Virus record (IMG/VR): IMGVR_UViG_3300029742_000285 | Span: 65,475 to 90,437 of that record | Source: a virus | Taxonomy: Duplodnaviria; Heunggongvirae; Uroviricota; Caudoviricetes | Length of the DNA stretch: 24,963 nucleotides | Reading direction: 5' to 3' (one strand) | Shown: piece by piece, positions 6,819-16,481 of the stretch | Position numbering within the stretch: the stretch's first letter is position 1 | Layout: every line of letters begins with the position of its first letter | The notes under the pieces: model-generated | Told to the model about the DNA's origin: nothing | Seen by the model: the letters and a program-made list of their open reading frames with translations, nothing else | The model's database searches: none | Translations under genes and position numbers: made by a program

Positions 6819-9224
6819 TCAGTTTTTCAGGCGGGTCTGTTCATAGAGAGGACGGCTTCTGGCTGGTGCAACAGATGGCTCGGTGCCGCGGCCAAGCGCC
6901 ATACAGCGCATTCCTTCGTCCGAGAGGGCCATGTCTACATATTCGTTGTAGTACATGCCCTTGCGGATCTCGTAGTGCTTCTTCACCTCCATGCCGAACT
7001 GCTTGTTGGCCATGCGCCATTTTTCGTTGTTCTCGCTGCACCAGTTCAGGTAGGTGCGGAACAGCACGCTGGCCTGCACGGTGCTGCCCTCGGCGGGCTC
7101 GGTGCAGTCGGCCAGGAAGGCCGCGATGCGGTCCTGATCCTGCTTGTAGGCATTCACGGCGCTGTCCACGGCGGCACAGGCGGGCAGGCCGTGCCGTCTG
7201 CCGCCCTGACTGTTGGCCAGCCATTTTTGCAGGCCGTCCAGCGCCCAGTTGAGGATGCCGGGCAGCTCAGCTTCCAGCTTCTGGGGCAGCAGGATGTCCT
7301 GCTTTTCTTCCGGGATGCTCTGGGTGAAGGGCACCAGCCGGATGCGCCGCCAGATGCCTACATCGGTGCCGTGGATCTTGGGCAGGTGGTTGGTGGCTTC
7401 CACCAGTTTGAACTCCGGCCGGAACTCAAATTCCTTGCCATACTGGAAGCGGGCGGTGATGGTGTTGCCGCCGGTCATCTGCTTCACAAGGCCTTCGTCC
7501 AGCGTTGCGCCCTGATCGCCCTCTTCCAGTGTGACGAAGCGGGCACCTTTCAGGCGGGCCACATCGCTGCGTGCCGCGCCGGAGGAGCGGCTGCGGGTAC
7601 TGGCGATGGTATCGGCCTGGGCGTTCATGCAGTAGTCGCCCAGCATTTTTGCCAGCGTTTCGAGGAAGGTGCTTTTGCCGTTGGCGCCGTCGCCGTACAG
7701 GAAAAACATGCACTGCTCCCGGGTGGAGCCGCACAGGCAGTAGCCCACCATCACCTGCAGGTACTCCGCCAGCTGGGCGTCCCCGCCGGTGACGGACTGG
7801 ATGAAGGCCTCCCACACGGGGGCTTTGGCGGCCGGGTCGTAGTCCACCTGCGCCATGCGGGTGATGTAGCGTTCCCGGTCGTGGGGCACAAGCTCCCGGC
7901 GGGCAAGGTTCAGGATGCCGTTGCGCAGGTTCAGCAGGCCCTTGTTCCGGTCGAACTGCTCCGGCAGCATGGGGATGCCGGGCAGGTGCTGGGCTTCTTT
8001 CAGGAAGGCTTCCTTGCTGCGGCTGGAACGGCTCTTCTGCACATGGCGGCGCAGTGCCCCGGCGGTGTTGATATCCCGGATGCCGAAGCAGGCCTTGTCC
8101 ATCTGGTCCAGCATCTCATCTGCAAGGCCCTTGATGGTGGCAAGGTCGTCCCGCTTCCAGCGGGCGCCGTCCCACACCATCCAGCATTTGTCGGTGGGGT
8201 TGTACCGCACCCGGTCGGCGTACCGGTCGCGGAAGCGGCGGGCGTTGCCGGTGTCGTCCAGCGAGTAGGTCCTGACGCCGGGGGCGGGTGCGGCGGCGGG
8301 CGACTGCGCACCGTACTTGACGTTCAGGGCGCGGAGGGCTTCGTCCTGATCGGCAAAGGGCGTTTTGTCCGGCTCCGGCGAGGGAGTGTACACCTCCTGA
8401 CAGTCACTGACGGCCCGTTCCAGCGTCCAGCGGCCATAGGTCTTGGCACCGCGCCGTTCATCCCACTTGGGGCGCATGAGGCCGGAAGTGCGGAACACAT
8501 GATCCATGCGCTCCACATCGGCACCCAACCAGAAGGCCAGCAGGTTGCAGAAGCTGAGGTCGGCTTCGCTGTGGCTGTTGTAGTAGGCCTGCCAGTTTCC
8601 GGCATACAGGGCAGCAAAGCGCTCACCGTCCCGGGCAGCGCAGGCGGTGCGCAGCAGCTCTTCGTCGGAGCGGTCCACCTTCTGCCACACGACGGCAGGC
8701 GCAGGCACCCGGGGCGCTTCCGGCTTTGCCAGATACTTTGCGTGCACGGCGGCGCACTGGGCGGTGCGTTCTTCGATGGCAAGATCGTTCAGCGCTTTGC
8801 CGGTGACGGTGAAGTACCGCCCGCCATCGTACATTTCCAGCCCGATGCTGCTTTTGCGGCAGGCACCGGCCGGCTTTTGGCCGGTGAACAGCAGGTGCAC
8901 ACCGGTGCCGCTGGGGCTTTCCTCGGCGTAGGTCTGCATCCCGTCGATGATCTCCCGGGCCATGTCCGAGAGGACACCGGTGTCCGGGTCCCGGCAATGG
9001 TCGATGTCGATGCCGCACAGCCCATCGCCCAAAAGCACCCCGACGCCGCGCAGACCAAAGCGGGAGACTGCGGCCTGTGCCGCTTCCAGCGTGCCCCATG
9101 TGGCGGGGTCGTTGGGCTTTGCATTCTGCCCGGTGGCGGGGTTGATGGGCGTTTTGGCGGCATCGAAGCAGACCCAGCGGCGGCTCTCTTTCAGAGCCTG
9201 CGGGAATTGTTCGAGCATGCGCAC
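6819..9224 (-). CDS. Primase-polymerase fused to a P4/D5-family SF3 helicase, 801 aa
   Basis: N-terminal GIDIDHC...ESPSGTGVH primpol motifs, SEADLSFC...GLMRPKWD, D5_N region, Walker A GDGANGKS, KQMTGG..ITAR, WRRIRLVPF. Confidence 0.93.
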   Translation of the reverse strand: MRMLEQFPQALKESRRWVCFDAAKTPINPATGQNAKPNDPATWGTLEAAQAAVSRFGLRGVGVLLGDGLCGIDIDHCRDPDTGVLSDMAREIIDGMQTYAEESPSGTGVHLLFTGQKPAGACRKSSIGLEMYDGGRYFTVTGKALNDLAIEERTAQCAAVHAKYLAKPEAPRVPAPAVVWQKVDRSDEELLRTACAARDGERFAALYAGNWQAYYNSHSEADLSFCNLLAFWLGADVERMDHVFRTSGLMRPKWDERRGAKTYGRWTLERAVSDCQEVYTPSPEPDKTPFADQDEALRALNVKYGAQSPAAAPAPGVRTYSLDDTGNARRFRDRYADRVRYNPTDKCWMVWDGARWKRDDLATIKGLADEMLDQMDKACFGIRDINTAGALRRHVQKSRSSRSKEAFLKEAQHLPGIPMLPEQFDRNKGLLNLRNGILNLARRELVPHDRERYITRMAQVDYDPAAKAPVWEAFIQSVTGGDAQLAEYLQVMVGYCLCGSTREQCMFFLYGDGANGKSTFLETLAKMLGDYCMNAQADTIASTRSRSSGAARSDVARLKGARFVTLEEGDQGATLDEGLVKQMTGGNTITARFQYGKEFEFRPEFKLVEATNHLPKIHGTDVGIWRRIRLVPFTQSIPEEKQDILLPQKLEAELPGILNWALDGLQKWLANSQGGRRHGLPACAAVDSAVNAYKQDQDRIAAFLADCTEPAEGSTVQASVLFRTYLNWCSENNEKWRMANKQFGMEVKKHYEIRKGMYYNEYVDMALSDEGMRCMALGRGTEPSVAPARSRPLYEQTRLKN

Positions 9225-9230
9225 CTCCTG

Positions 9231-9734
9231 TTAGTTAAAAGGAAAATCATCCGGCTCGTCCACCGGGATGAGATCATCCTGCGCGGCGGGCTGTGCCGGG
9301 GGCTTGAGGTAGTCGGCCACATTGCCCATGCCCAGATACCGGTCCACATAGGTCATGGTGTACTGCGGGTTCTTGCGGTCGGGGCGCACATCGATGACGC
9401 ACATGTGCCCCGGGAACAGGGGCAGGGCTTTTTCCAGCTCGCTCAGTTTGGTGAGGGGCAGCTGGATCATCTGCAGAAAGCCCTTGAAGAAGGGCAGACC
9501 GTTCTTGCTCAGACCGTAGCTGGTAAAGGCATAGCGGCCTTTGTACGGCCCCTCGGTCACGATGAAGGACACGCTCAGGGCAATGCCGCCGCCGGTGCGG
9601 GCAACGATCTTGGCCTCTTTCAGGATGGCGTTGTAGCGGCCTGCGGGCACGCCGCTGCCGCCGGTCTGGGCGCTGGCGGCTTCAAATTCGCCGTCCAGAG
9701 TGGCGAGGGCGGATGCATAGTTCAGTTCAGACAT
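9231..9734 (-). CDS. DUF669-like single-stranded DNA-binding protein, 167 aa
   Basis: VPAGRY...EGPYKGR motif and an acidic SSB-like tail (DDFPFN). Sits in the replication module. Confidence 0.7.
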   Translation of the reverse strand: MSELNYASALATLDGEFEAASAQTGGSGVPAGRYNAILKEAKIVARTGGGIALSVSFIVTEGPYKGRYAFTSYGLSKNGLPFFKGFLQMIQLPLTKLSELEKALPLFPGHMCVIDVRPDRKNPQYTMTYVDRYLGMGNVADYLKPPAQPAAQDDLIPVDEPDDFPFN

Positions 9735-9739
9735 GATAA

Positions 9740-11131
9740 TTACTCCTTTTCTGTGATGTTCATTTTCCTGTACAGGGTCCGGCGCTGCTTGTACTGCACC
9801 AGAAGCTGCGGGGTCTTTTCGTCCACAAGGTCAATGACCAGGGCCTCGGTCTTGCCGGGTGCGGGGCGCTGGATGCGGCCGATGCTCTGCTGCACGATGA
9901 CCTTGTTGCGGGTGGGTGTTGCCAGCACAAGGCGGTCCAGACAGGGAATGTCCAGTCCTTCCTTTGCCAGCTGATAGGTGGCGAACAGGATGCGGGCCTG
10001 CCCGGCTTTCATGCGGGCGAGGGCAGCTGTGCGCTCTGCTTTTTTGGTGGCGCCGCAGACAAACTCGGCAGCAAGGCCCAGACTGAGCGCGTAGGCGTGC
10101 AGCCGTTCCAGAATGGCGAGGGACGCTGCCAGCACCAGCCAGCTGCTGCCCTCGGCGACGGCACGGTCGATGACACCTTCCACCGTCTGCATCCGGTCGG
10201 CATCGGTGGCCATGCAGCGCATCAGGCGCACATAGTCGATGGGGCTTTCATTGGTGCGGGGCGTATAGACGAAGCGGGTGGGCACCGTTTCGACCCGGGG
10301 CGTGATGGTGATCTGTTCGAGCTGCTGCGGTTCGATGACCGCCACGCGGGGGCCCAGCACCTGAAAGATGGTCTCGCTCAGGCCGTCGCTGCGGGTGTCG
10401 CTGGCGGTCAGGCCAAAGCGCCAGCGGGCGGGCAGGCATTTGAGCACCGCTGCAAACATGCTGGCCTGCTCCGGGTTGTTGACCACATGGTGGCATTCGT
10501 CCACGATCACCACGCCCACGGTGTGGGCAAGCTCGTCCAGCTCCATGCGGTACAGGCTCTGCACGGTGGCGATGGTCAGCTTGGTGCCGCAGCGCTTGTG
10601 TGCGCCGGAGATGATGGAAACCTCCCGCTCATCCAGCCCCAGACGCAGCTGCGCCCGCTCCTTGGCCTGCTGCGCCAGATCCAGCGTGTGGGTGATCCAG
10701 AGCGCGGGTCTGCCCAGATGAGCGATGACCGCCATGCCGATCTCGGTCTTTCCCGCGCCACAGGGGGCGATCAGCACCCCCTGATGCCACTGGCAGGAGA
10801 GAGCCGCGTTCACGGCTTTCTGCTGATATCCCCGCAAGGTGAAGTGGGAAGTGTCAAAAGTCAGCGGCTCACCTTTGAGGGTCTTGTCCCGGGCGGTGGT
10901 TCCGGCCGGCTTTTCCCGCCAGACCTCCTCTGCCATACCCCGCGGCAGGGTGAGGGCGTTGCCGCGGATCTCGTACAGCATCACGGTCTCCGGGATGTTG
11001 TAGGTGGGTCTGCCCAGCCGCAGGGCGTTCGTGTATTTGGGGTTCGGCACGGTCAGCTCCCGGATAAGCTTGTGCAGCAGCGGCGTCGGCACGTCCTGCA
11101 GGTGCAGTTCGCCGTCCAGTGTGTAGATCAC
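9740..11131 (-). CDS. SF2 (DEAD/DEAH-box-like) helicase
   Basis: LRGYQ, APCGAGKT, VDECHH, GLTAS, EGLDIP, QSIGRIQR. GTG start at 11131 overlaps the upstream TGA and has a GGAGG RBS. Confidence 0.92.
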   Translation of the reverse strand: MIYTLDGELHLQDVPTPLLHKLIRELTVPNPKYTNALRLGRPTYNIPETVMLYEIRGNALTLPRGMAEEVWREKPAGTTARDKTLKGEPLTFDTSHFTLRGYQQKAVNAALSCQWHQGVLIAPCGAGKTEIGMAVIAHLGRPALWITHTLDLAQQAKERAQLRLGLDEREVSIISGAHKRCGTKLTIATVQSLYRMELDELAHTVGVVIVDECHHVVNNPEQASMFAAVLKCLPARWRFGLTASDTRSDGLSETIFQVLGPRVAVIEPQQLEQITITPRVETVPTRFVYTPRTNESPIDYVRLMRCMATDADRMQTVEGVIDRAVAEGSSWLVLAASLAILERLHAYALSLGLAAEFVCGATKKAERTAALARMKAGQARILFATYQLAKEGLDIPCLDRLVLATPTRNKVIVQQSIGRIQRPAPGKTEALVIDLVDEKTPQLLVQYKQRRTLYRKMNITEKE

Positions 11132-11580
11132 GGGTGCACCACCTCCAAAACGTTCAGGATGTCGGTGGGCAGGTTTTCCAGCTTCACGCTGCCGCGCTCG
11201 CCACTCTCGATGCGGTCGCGGATGTAATACCACGGGAAGTAGCAGTCCACGGCAGGGCTGTCCCGGCGCACCGCCACCACCGCAATGCCGCCGGCATCCT
11301 CCTTGCGGGAGAGATTCTCCACCTCATTGGGGCGGAAGGCCGAAAAGGGCAGGCTGCCTTTGGCGATGTGCTTGCACTCGATGCCCCAGCTGCGGCCGTC
11401 AATGGTGGCCTCGATGTCGTAGGGCTGCCCGGAATAGTCAGCAGGCCAGCCCCTGCACCAGACCTTGGGGATGCCGCAGAGGATGTCCAGCAGGTCATTC
11501 TGCCAGACCTTGCCCCGGGCGTTGCGGGCCTGCTGCAACCGGTTCTTTTTCTGGCGGGTGCGGGTATCACTGGGGCGCAT
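11128..11580 (-). CDS. PD-(D/E)xK nuclease, RecU/Holliday-junction-resolvase-like
   Basis: PYD...GIECK motif. ATG at 11580 with a GGAGG RBS. Confidence 0.75.
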   Translation of the reverse strand: MRPSDTRTRQKKNRLQQARNARGKVWQNDLLDILCGIPKVWCRGWPADYSGQPYDIEATIDGRSWGIECKHIAKGSLPFSAFRPNEVENLSRKEDAGGIAVVAVRRDSPAVDCYFPWYYIRDRIESGERGSVKLENLPTDILNVLEVVHP

Positions 11581-12466
11581 GGGCGGCCTCCTTTTCCTTC
11601 TCAGCGGCACGGCGGGCTTTTTCGAGCTTGACGGCGCAGGCCGCGCACAGGCACTTACCGTAGGTCTTGCGGGTGTAATCGGCCAGCTGGTCAATGGTCA
11701 TTTTGCTGGTGGCCGATACCAGCCGCCCGCACTCCTCGCAGCGGGTCGGCTCCTTGCCGTCGTTGGCCCACTCGGCCAGCTGTTTGCCCAGATCCGAGGT
11801 GATGACCGCCCCGAAGCCGTCCAGAAAGGTCACATCCTTGCTGGTGGTGGCAATGTGGTCCCGTCCGATGGTGAACATGATGTCAAATTCATACTCCACA
11901 TCGTCCCGCTGCACCGGAGCAAGGCCCACTTTTACCGGCACCTGCTTGCCGCGGTCGTTCTCGGTGAGGACATAATCCTGCTTGACCCGCAGGGTGCAGA
12001 TGGTGTGGCAGTTGACCGACAGCAGATAGTTGATGAAATCGTTCTGGATGCGTCCGGCCTCGTCCCACGCGGTGTAACTGTTCTTGCCGGGTTTCGCAGC
12101 GATGTCGGCCTTGATCTCCAGCACGCCGCCCGCGTTGCTCCATGCATGGGAAAGGCTGTCCACGATGACCACGCCGTCCGGGCCGACCTGCTTCACGGCG
12201 GCATCCACGCATTCCTTGTAATGCTCCGGAGAGTAGGGCGCTTTCAGCTCGATGTACCAGAACTCGCCGACGCCCAGATCTGTGCGGTTGGCGTACAGCT
12301 CGCCGCGCCGGTGCTCAGTATCGATGAGACAGACCTTTGAGAAATCGCCGCCTGTCAGGCCGGAGGCCAGCAGCAGGGCACCCAGCGTTTTGCCGCCGCC
12401 GGACACACCGGCCAGCGCAATGCGCAGCTTGGATTTTTCGCGGGTCGCACGGGTAACTTCAACCAT
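11567..12466 (-). CDS. Sak4-like AAA ATPase (recombination/annealing) with a C-terminal zinc finger, 299 aa
   Basis: GVSGGGKT, IDTE, IVDSLSHAW, EYEFD; C-terminal CEEC...CAAC. Confidence 0.85.
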   Translation of the reverse strand: MVEVTRATREKSKLRIALAGVSGGGKTLGALLLASGLTGGDFSKVCLIDTEHRRGELYANRTDLGVGEFWYIELKAPYSPEHYKECVDAAVKQVGPDGVVIVDSLSHAWSNAGGVLEIKADIAAKPGKNSYTAWDEAGRIQNDFINYLLSVNCHTICTLRVKQDYVLTENDRGKQVPVKVGLAPVQRDDVEYEFDIMFTIGRDHIATTSKDVTFLDGFGAVITSDLGKQLAEWANDGKEPTRCEECGRLVSATSKMTIDQLADYTRKTYGKCLCAACAVKLEKARRAAEKEKEAAHAPQ

Positions 12467-12478
12467 AAAAATACCTCC

Positions 12479-13048
12479 TTAGTGTTTCTGCGGGGTGAAA
12501 TGTTTCACGGCGTCCAGAACGTCCTGCGGGACATTTCCCGCGTTGTCACAGAGCCAGAACAGGCCGTGAGTGTCTTCGTCTTTCCAGCAGGCGATGCCGG
12601 CCTCCGTATCCAGAAAGCCGAGGTTCGCACCGGCCTGTACCACGGCAAAAGCGTCCAGAGGGAACGCTGCGGCCCGGTCGTCTGCGCCGTACTGGATCAG
12701 GGCATCTGTGGCGGTGCACAGCGGCAGGCAGGCCATGCCGGTCTCATAATTGCCGGTGGTGTAGCGGCTGATATCGATGGTGCGGTCGTCCTCGGGGATG
12801 TCCTGCGGGTCGCAGCCCTTGACCACCCACTTGGATTCGCCGATCTTGGGCATGTCCGCCAGCCATGTGACGATCTGGCCTGCGATCTCGCCGGGGCAGT
12901 TTTCCTTCGGGATCAGCAGCGCCCAGCCCGCGCCGGTGATGAAAAAGGAATCCCACAGCCCGCGGTGCTCGGTGCGCTGGATCTTCACGCCGCCGCCCCG
13001 CCAGCTCTGCTTCATCAGTTTGAGCAATGCTTTTGTGTCAAATCTCAT
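12479..13048 (-). CDS. Hypothetical phage protein, 189 aa
   Basis: ATGA overlap with the upstream gene; co-oriented in the operon. Confidence 0.75.
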   Translation of the reverse strand: MRFDTKALLKLMKQSWRGGGVKIQRTEHRGLWDSFFITGAGWALLIPKENCPGEIAGQIVTWLADMPKIGESKWVVKGCDPQDIPEDDRTIDISRYTTGNYETGMACLPLCTATDALIQYGADDRAAAFPLDAFAVVQAGANLGFLDTEAGIACWKDEDTHGLFWLCDNAGNVPQDVLDAVKHFTPQKH

Positions 13049-14823
13049 TCAAACAACGCCTCCCGTTCTGCGTCCTCCACACTGCCCTCCGCAGTAGGGT
13101 TGATGGTGGTATCTTCTTCCAGTGATTCACGAATTTCATCGCACACCTGATAGATCGGCGCGGCCATGCGGGCCAGCGGGGTGCCGGTGGTGCTGGCAAG
13201 GCCGAACCAGCCCAGATACATGCTGCGCATGGAATCGGCGATGATCTTTGCCTGCTGGGCACAGGACTGCTCCGGCGCAAGGAAACCGTCTGCATCCTGC
13301 TGCAGCTTCTGGTATCTGGCTTCGGCTTCACGAGTCCGGCGCTGAGCGTCCTCGATCTGTCTGCGGGCCTGCGCCTTTGCTTCGGCGGCAAGGGCATCCG
13401 CCTGCCGCCGGACTTCTTCCGGGTCAGTCACGCCCACAATGGGCTGCTTTTTGAGGGCATCCTCGGCATTTTTGGCACGGGCCTCGGCCTTGTCGGCACG
13501 GTCTTTTTCCTGTGAGACCTTCAGACCCAGCCGGTTGCAATCCTTGGCGGTGCTCAGCTGGTCAGCACGGGCCTTGTCCCGTTCGGTTTCGGCCTTTTGG
13601 GCACGTTCGGCCAGCCCGTTGATGTCGGCGTTGGCGGCTTCCAGATGGGCTTCGGCAGCGTCGGCACGGTCTTTTTCGGCTTTGAGTTGGGCCAGCAGCT
13701 CCTGCACCCGCTGGCTGTCTCCGGCGGCTGCGGTGAGCTGTTCCGCGCAGCCGGAGCGGGCGATCAGGTTCAGGTCCTTGCGGGAGATGGACGGCAGTAA
13801 TTTTAAATCCGCAACTGTTGCGGATTTAAAAGCATCTCCGTTCTGGGTCATTGTCCGGGCGCTGCCCTCGCTCATGCCCTTGCTCTCATACCACTTTGTC
13901 CATGTACCGCCGCCATAGCGGCCAGCCTTGGCCGTCAGTGCGTGCATTTTGGCAACGTAGATGCAGGAAATGAGGTATTCATCCTGTGCGGTGCCGTAGT
14001 GCAGATCGAACTGCTGGTCGGTCTCCACGGCCTGTTCGGACAGGTCGCCCAGAGCAGAAAAGTCAAAGCCAGGTGCCGAAGGCATCGACACAGAAGAACC
14101 GCCCGCCGATGCGGCAGGGACCGATTCGCAGTTCTGCAGGGATGTCGCGGGGGTCGATGCGCTTGCATGCGCCCCGCTCTCCGAGGTGGTCGGCGTTGCC
14201 GCCGTGGCAGTCGGGACAGCATTCTCTGCCGTAGTCACAGCAGCATCCGCATTCTGGGCAGGTGCACATGCGAAAATCTCCTTTGCTTTTTTAATGTCGG
14301 CAAGAATCTTTTCCATTTCCTGCTGCGGTGTCATGTCCTTGCGGCTGCCATTCGGGGTAAAAAACTGACCAAGCAGTTCTCTTTTTGCGGCAACACCTTT
14401 CAGATTCTGAGCGCAGGTGATAGTCAGGCAGTAACGGCCATCAGATCCATAGTCCGATGCACGAATATCTTTGGAAAACGAGCCAAAAATCTCTCTGTCT
14501 GGATAAGTATCTTTGATCCATGCGGAGATCTGAGACAAAAAGTCGAAGTCCAAACTGTGCACTCGACAGGTGCATTTGTCCTTGATGGAGCCAGAGAATT
14601 CTGATGCATAAGTGAGAGTCTTGCTCATCCGACACTCATAGCCCCGAGTCTCCATGGCGACAGTTTTAGCACTTTCGTCCCATTGAAAGTTTCCGTATGG
14701 CATGGCGTAGGGGCATCCCCAGCACTCATGGCCGGGTGCATAGCCAGACAGACGGTTGCCAGTGGTACTGGTATCGGTGGATTTCTTCACTCGCCGTCCG
14801 CATTTGCAGATATAGGTAGTCAT
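13045..14823 (-). CDS. Multidomain phage protein, 592 aa: Cys-rich N-terminus, Ala/Ser/Thr linker, DUF3102-like segment and coiled coil
   Basis: ATGA overlaps at both ends. GGGTWTKWYESKGMSEGSARTM resembles DUF3102. Confidence 0.75.
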   Translation of the reverse strand: MTTYICKCGRRVKKSTDTSTTGNRLSGYAPGHECWGCPYAMPYGNFQWDESAKTVAMETRGYECRMSKTLTYASEFSGSIKDKCTCRVHSLDFDFLSQISAWIKDTYPDREIFGSFSKDIRASDYGSDGRYCLTITCAQNLKGVAAKRELLGQFFTPNGSRKDMTPQQEMEKILADIKKAKEIFACAPAQNADAAVTTAENAVPTATAATPTTSESGAHASASTPATSLQNCESVPAASAGGSSVSMPSAPGFDFSALGDLSEQAVETDQQFDLHYGTAQDEYLISCIYVAKMHALTAKAGRYGGGTWTKWYESKGMSEGSARTMTQNGDAFKSATVADLKLLPSISRKDLNLIARSGCAEQLTAAAGDSQRVQELLAQLKAEKDRADAAEAHLEAANADINGLAERAQKAETERDKARADQLSTAKDCNRLGLKVSQEKDRADKAEARAKNAEDALKKQPIVGVTDPEEVRRQADALAAEAKAQARRQIEDAQRRTREAEARYQKLQQDADGFLAPEQSCAQQAKIIADSMRSMYLGWFGLASTTGTPLARMAAPIYQVCDEIRESLEEDTTINPTAEGSVEDAEREALFE

Positions 14824-15116
14824 ACCCTTACCTCCGTGTCCTTGAGGCGGTCCAGCAGCTCAGCCTGCAGGGCCTTGTTCAGGGGCTGCAGGCGGCCGCC
14901 GCGCCAGCCGTAGCACAGAAGAGTGCCGCAAAGAAACTCGCCGCGCCAGATGCGGTTCGGCTCCCGGCCTGCGGCACTGTGCATCAGGATGGCAGGCGTG
15001 CGGGAGAAATATTTCTGGTCAGCGTGCCCGCCTAACCATGCTTCAATGCCCTGCAGCGTATCCGGCAGGGTGGTGACCACGGGACCCTTGCCCGGTTCGA
15101 TCAGAATGCCTTTCAT
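14820..15116 (-). CDS. DUF3846-like phage protein, 98 aa
   Basis: MKGILIEPGKGP...TLQGIEAWLGG...PNR motif; GGAGG RBS. Confidence 0.7.
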   Translation of the reverse strand: MKGILIEPGKGPVVTTLPDTLQGIEAWLGGHADQKYFSRTPAILMHSAAGREPNRIWRGEFLCGTLLCYGWRGGRLQPLNKALQAELLDRLKDTEVRV

Positions 15117-15514
15117 GTGTTATCCTCCTTCGTGTACCCATGTCTGAGGCAGAGCTTTTCCAGCTCGTTGTAGTAGATGCCCTGCGAGATTTCGACGCTG
15201 GAGAGGTACTCCCGCTGGAATGCATCGGACAGGGCGGAAAGAACTTCCAGCGCCGCCAAAGCCCTGCCAAGGGCGGACGCGATGCTGTCCAGAACGCCGG
15301 TGTTGCAGTCCCGGCGGAAGACCCTGTCGGAACAGTAATAGCGGTCGGGCCGGAGCTTGCCGTCGGCAAAGCCCTGCTCCAGTGTGGAAGTACCGGTGGA
15401 GATGTCGGCTGCTGCTTTGTTCAGGGCAGCAAGCTGCTCGTAGATCAGTGCGGACTGCCATTCGGGCGCGTTTTTGATGTGCTCCAGCAGTGCGTTTCTA
15501 TTTTTTGCGTTCAT
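15113..15514 (-). CDS. Hypothetical phage protein, 133 aa
   Basis: GGAGG RBS; stop codon overlaps the next start. Confidence 0.75.
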   Translation of the reverse strand: MNAKNRNALLEHIKNAPEWQSALIYEQLAALNKAAADISTGTSTLEQGFADGKLRPDRYYCSDRVFRRDCNTGVLDSIASALGRALAALEVLSALSDAFQREYLSSVEISQGIYYNELEKLCLRHGYTKEDNT

Positions 15515-15518
15515 TTTC

Positions 15519-15620
15519 TTGTAAAAACCTCCGATTTTGTGATATCATCGGGGTGATGAAGTCGTTCAAACTCATCATCCCTTGCAGCTCGTCGGTGTTG
15601 GCGCACCGGCGGGCTTTTTT
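15519..15620 (+). ncRNA. Candidate antisense small RNA of about 65 nt with its own promoter and terminator
   Basis: TTGTAA (15519)-N18-TATCAT (15543) with an extended TG; then a 10-bp hairpin; then a terminator GCTCGTCGGTG-ttggcg-CACCGGCGGGC followed by a U-tract. The G-U pairs form only on the + strand. Confidence 0.55.
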
Positions 15621-15997
15621 CGTATAGTGCGTACCGGCGGCAGGCTGTCCACCTCGCTGCGGTCGATACGTTCCCGCGCAAATGTGTACTTGTAAGTTCG
15701 ATGGCTGCCGCTGAGCCCATGGCTGACGGCAGACGCAAAGCTGTTCGCGCTCTTGTAGCCCAGCCGCCGGGCACACATCTCAGACGTGCCGGATGCCAGT
15801 AGATCGCCGGTCTTTGCGTCCCAGACGGTGTACCACATGACGCTGGCAGCGTTTTCATTACGCGCCCTATAATCCCTGCAATATTGGTTGTGGCGCTCTC
15901 TGCGGCAGGAAGCGCAAAAGCGCAGGTTGCCAGCAACATTTTCCATCACCTTGCCGCAGTCCAAACAAACGCGGGTAAAGTGCTTCCCTTTATTCAT
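15575..15997 (-). CDS. Hypothetical zinc-ribbon protein, 140 aa
   Basis: CLDC...CASC motif; co-oriented early gene. Confidence 0.7.
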   Translation of the reverse strand: MNKGKHFTRVCLDCGKVMENVAGNLRFCASCRRERHNQYCRDYRARNENAASVMWYTVWDAKTGDLLASGTSEMCARRLGYKSANSFASAVSHGLSGSHRTYKYTFARERIDRSEVDSLPPVRTIRKKPAGAPTPTSCKG

Positions 15998-16005
15998 GGG
16001 TGGTG

Positions 16006-16269
16006 TCAGCCCGCCTTCCTGCCGCTCTTCACGGTGTTGCGGGGCTGTTGGTGAACCTTGCGGCGCTCCTGCTGCTCCCGGTCATGGGCGGCAAAGCCCA
16101 GCCGGGCAAAGAACACCGCCAGCAGGATCAGCACCATGGCCGTGATGAACGCACCGTCCGAAACGGTGCCCAGTGTCTGGGCAGTGCCCTCAACGCCCAT
16201 GCCGTACAGCAGGCCCACCACAAAGCAGGCCATTGCCAGCCAGTACCATACGCCGGATTTGATCTTCAT
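16006..16269 (-). CDS. Small membrane protein with two predicted TM helices, 87 aa
   Basis: Two hydrophobic stretches and a basic tail; GGAGG RBS; ATGA overlap. Confidence 0.75.
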   Translation of the reverse strand: MKIKSGVWYWLAMACFVVGLLYGMGVEGTAQTLGTVSDGAFITAMVLILLAVFFARLGFAAHDREQQERRKVHQQPRNTVKSGRKAG

Positions 16270-16481
16270 TGGTGGGTTTCCTCCATTCTGTCCATAAGAT
16301 CAGCGGCAGCTGTCATGATGTTGATGATTGTCTCTGCTGGGTCTTTGCTGTCCATACAGATTCCCGCGACCAATGCGGTGCAAAGAGCCGCTTGTTCCAT
16401 CTGTGTGCCGCAGGCGTAAATTTTGGGGTTGCCATCCGATCCCAGCTGGATTTTCAACTGAGCGTTCGGGTTGATTTTCAT
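16266..16481 (-). CDS. Hypothetical phage protein, 71 aa
   Basis: ATGA overlaps on both sides; AGGAG RBS. Confidence 0.7.
   Translation of the reverse strand: MKINPNAQLKIQLGSDGNPKIYACGTQMEQAALCTALVAGICMDSKDPAETIINIMTAAADLMDRMEETHQ

Noticed and set aside
6975..9974. 999-aa + strand ORF, and similar long + strand ORFs at 48-611, 2202-3227, 3658-5238, 10097-11227 and 11465-12340
   Set aside because: Antisense shadows of GC-rich genes that have clear motifs on the minus strand; no recognisable motifs of their own.
15544..15552. Second CCGAUGA (minus strand) as another hammerhead
   Set aside because: No stem II followed by GAAA, and no compatible stems I and III.
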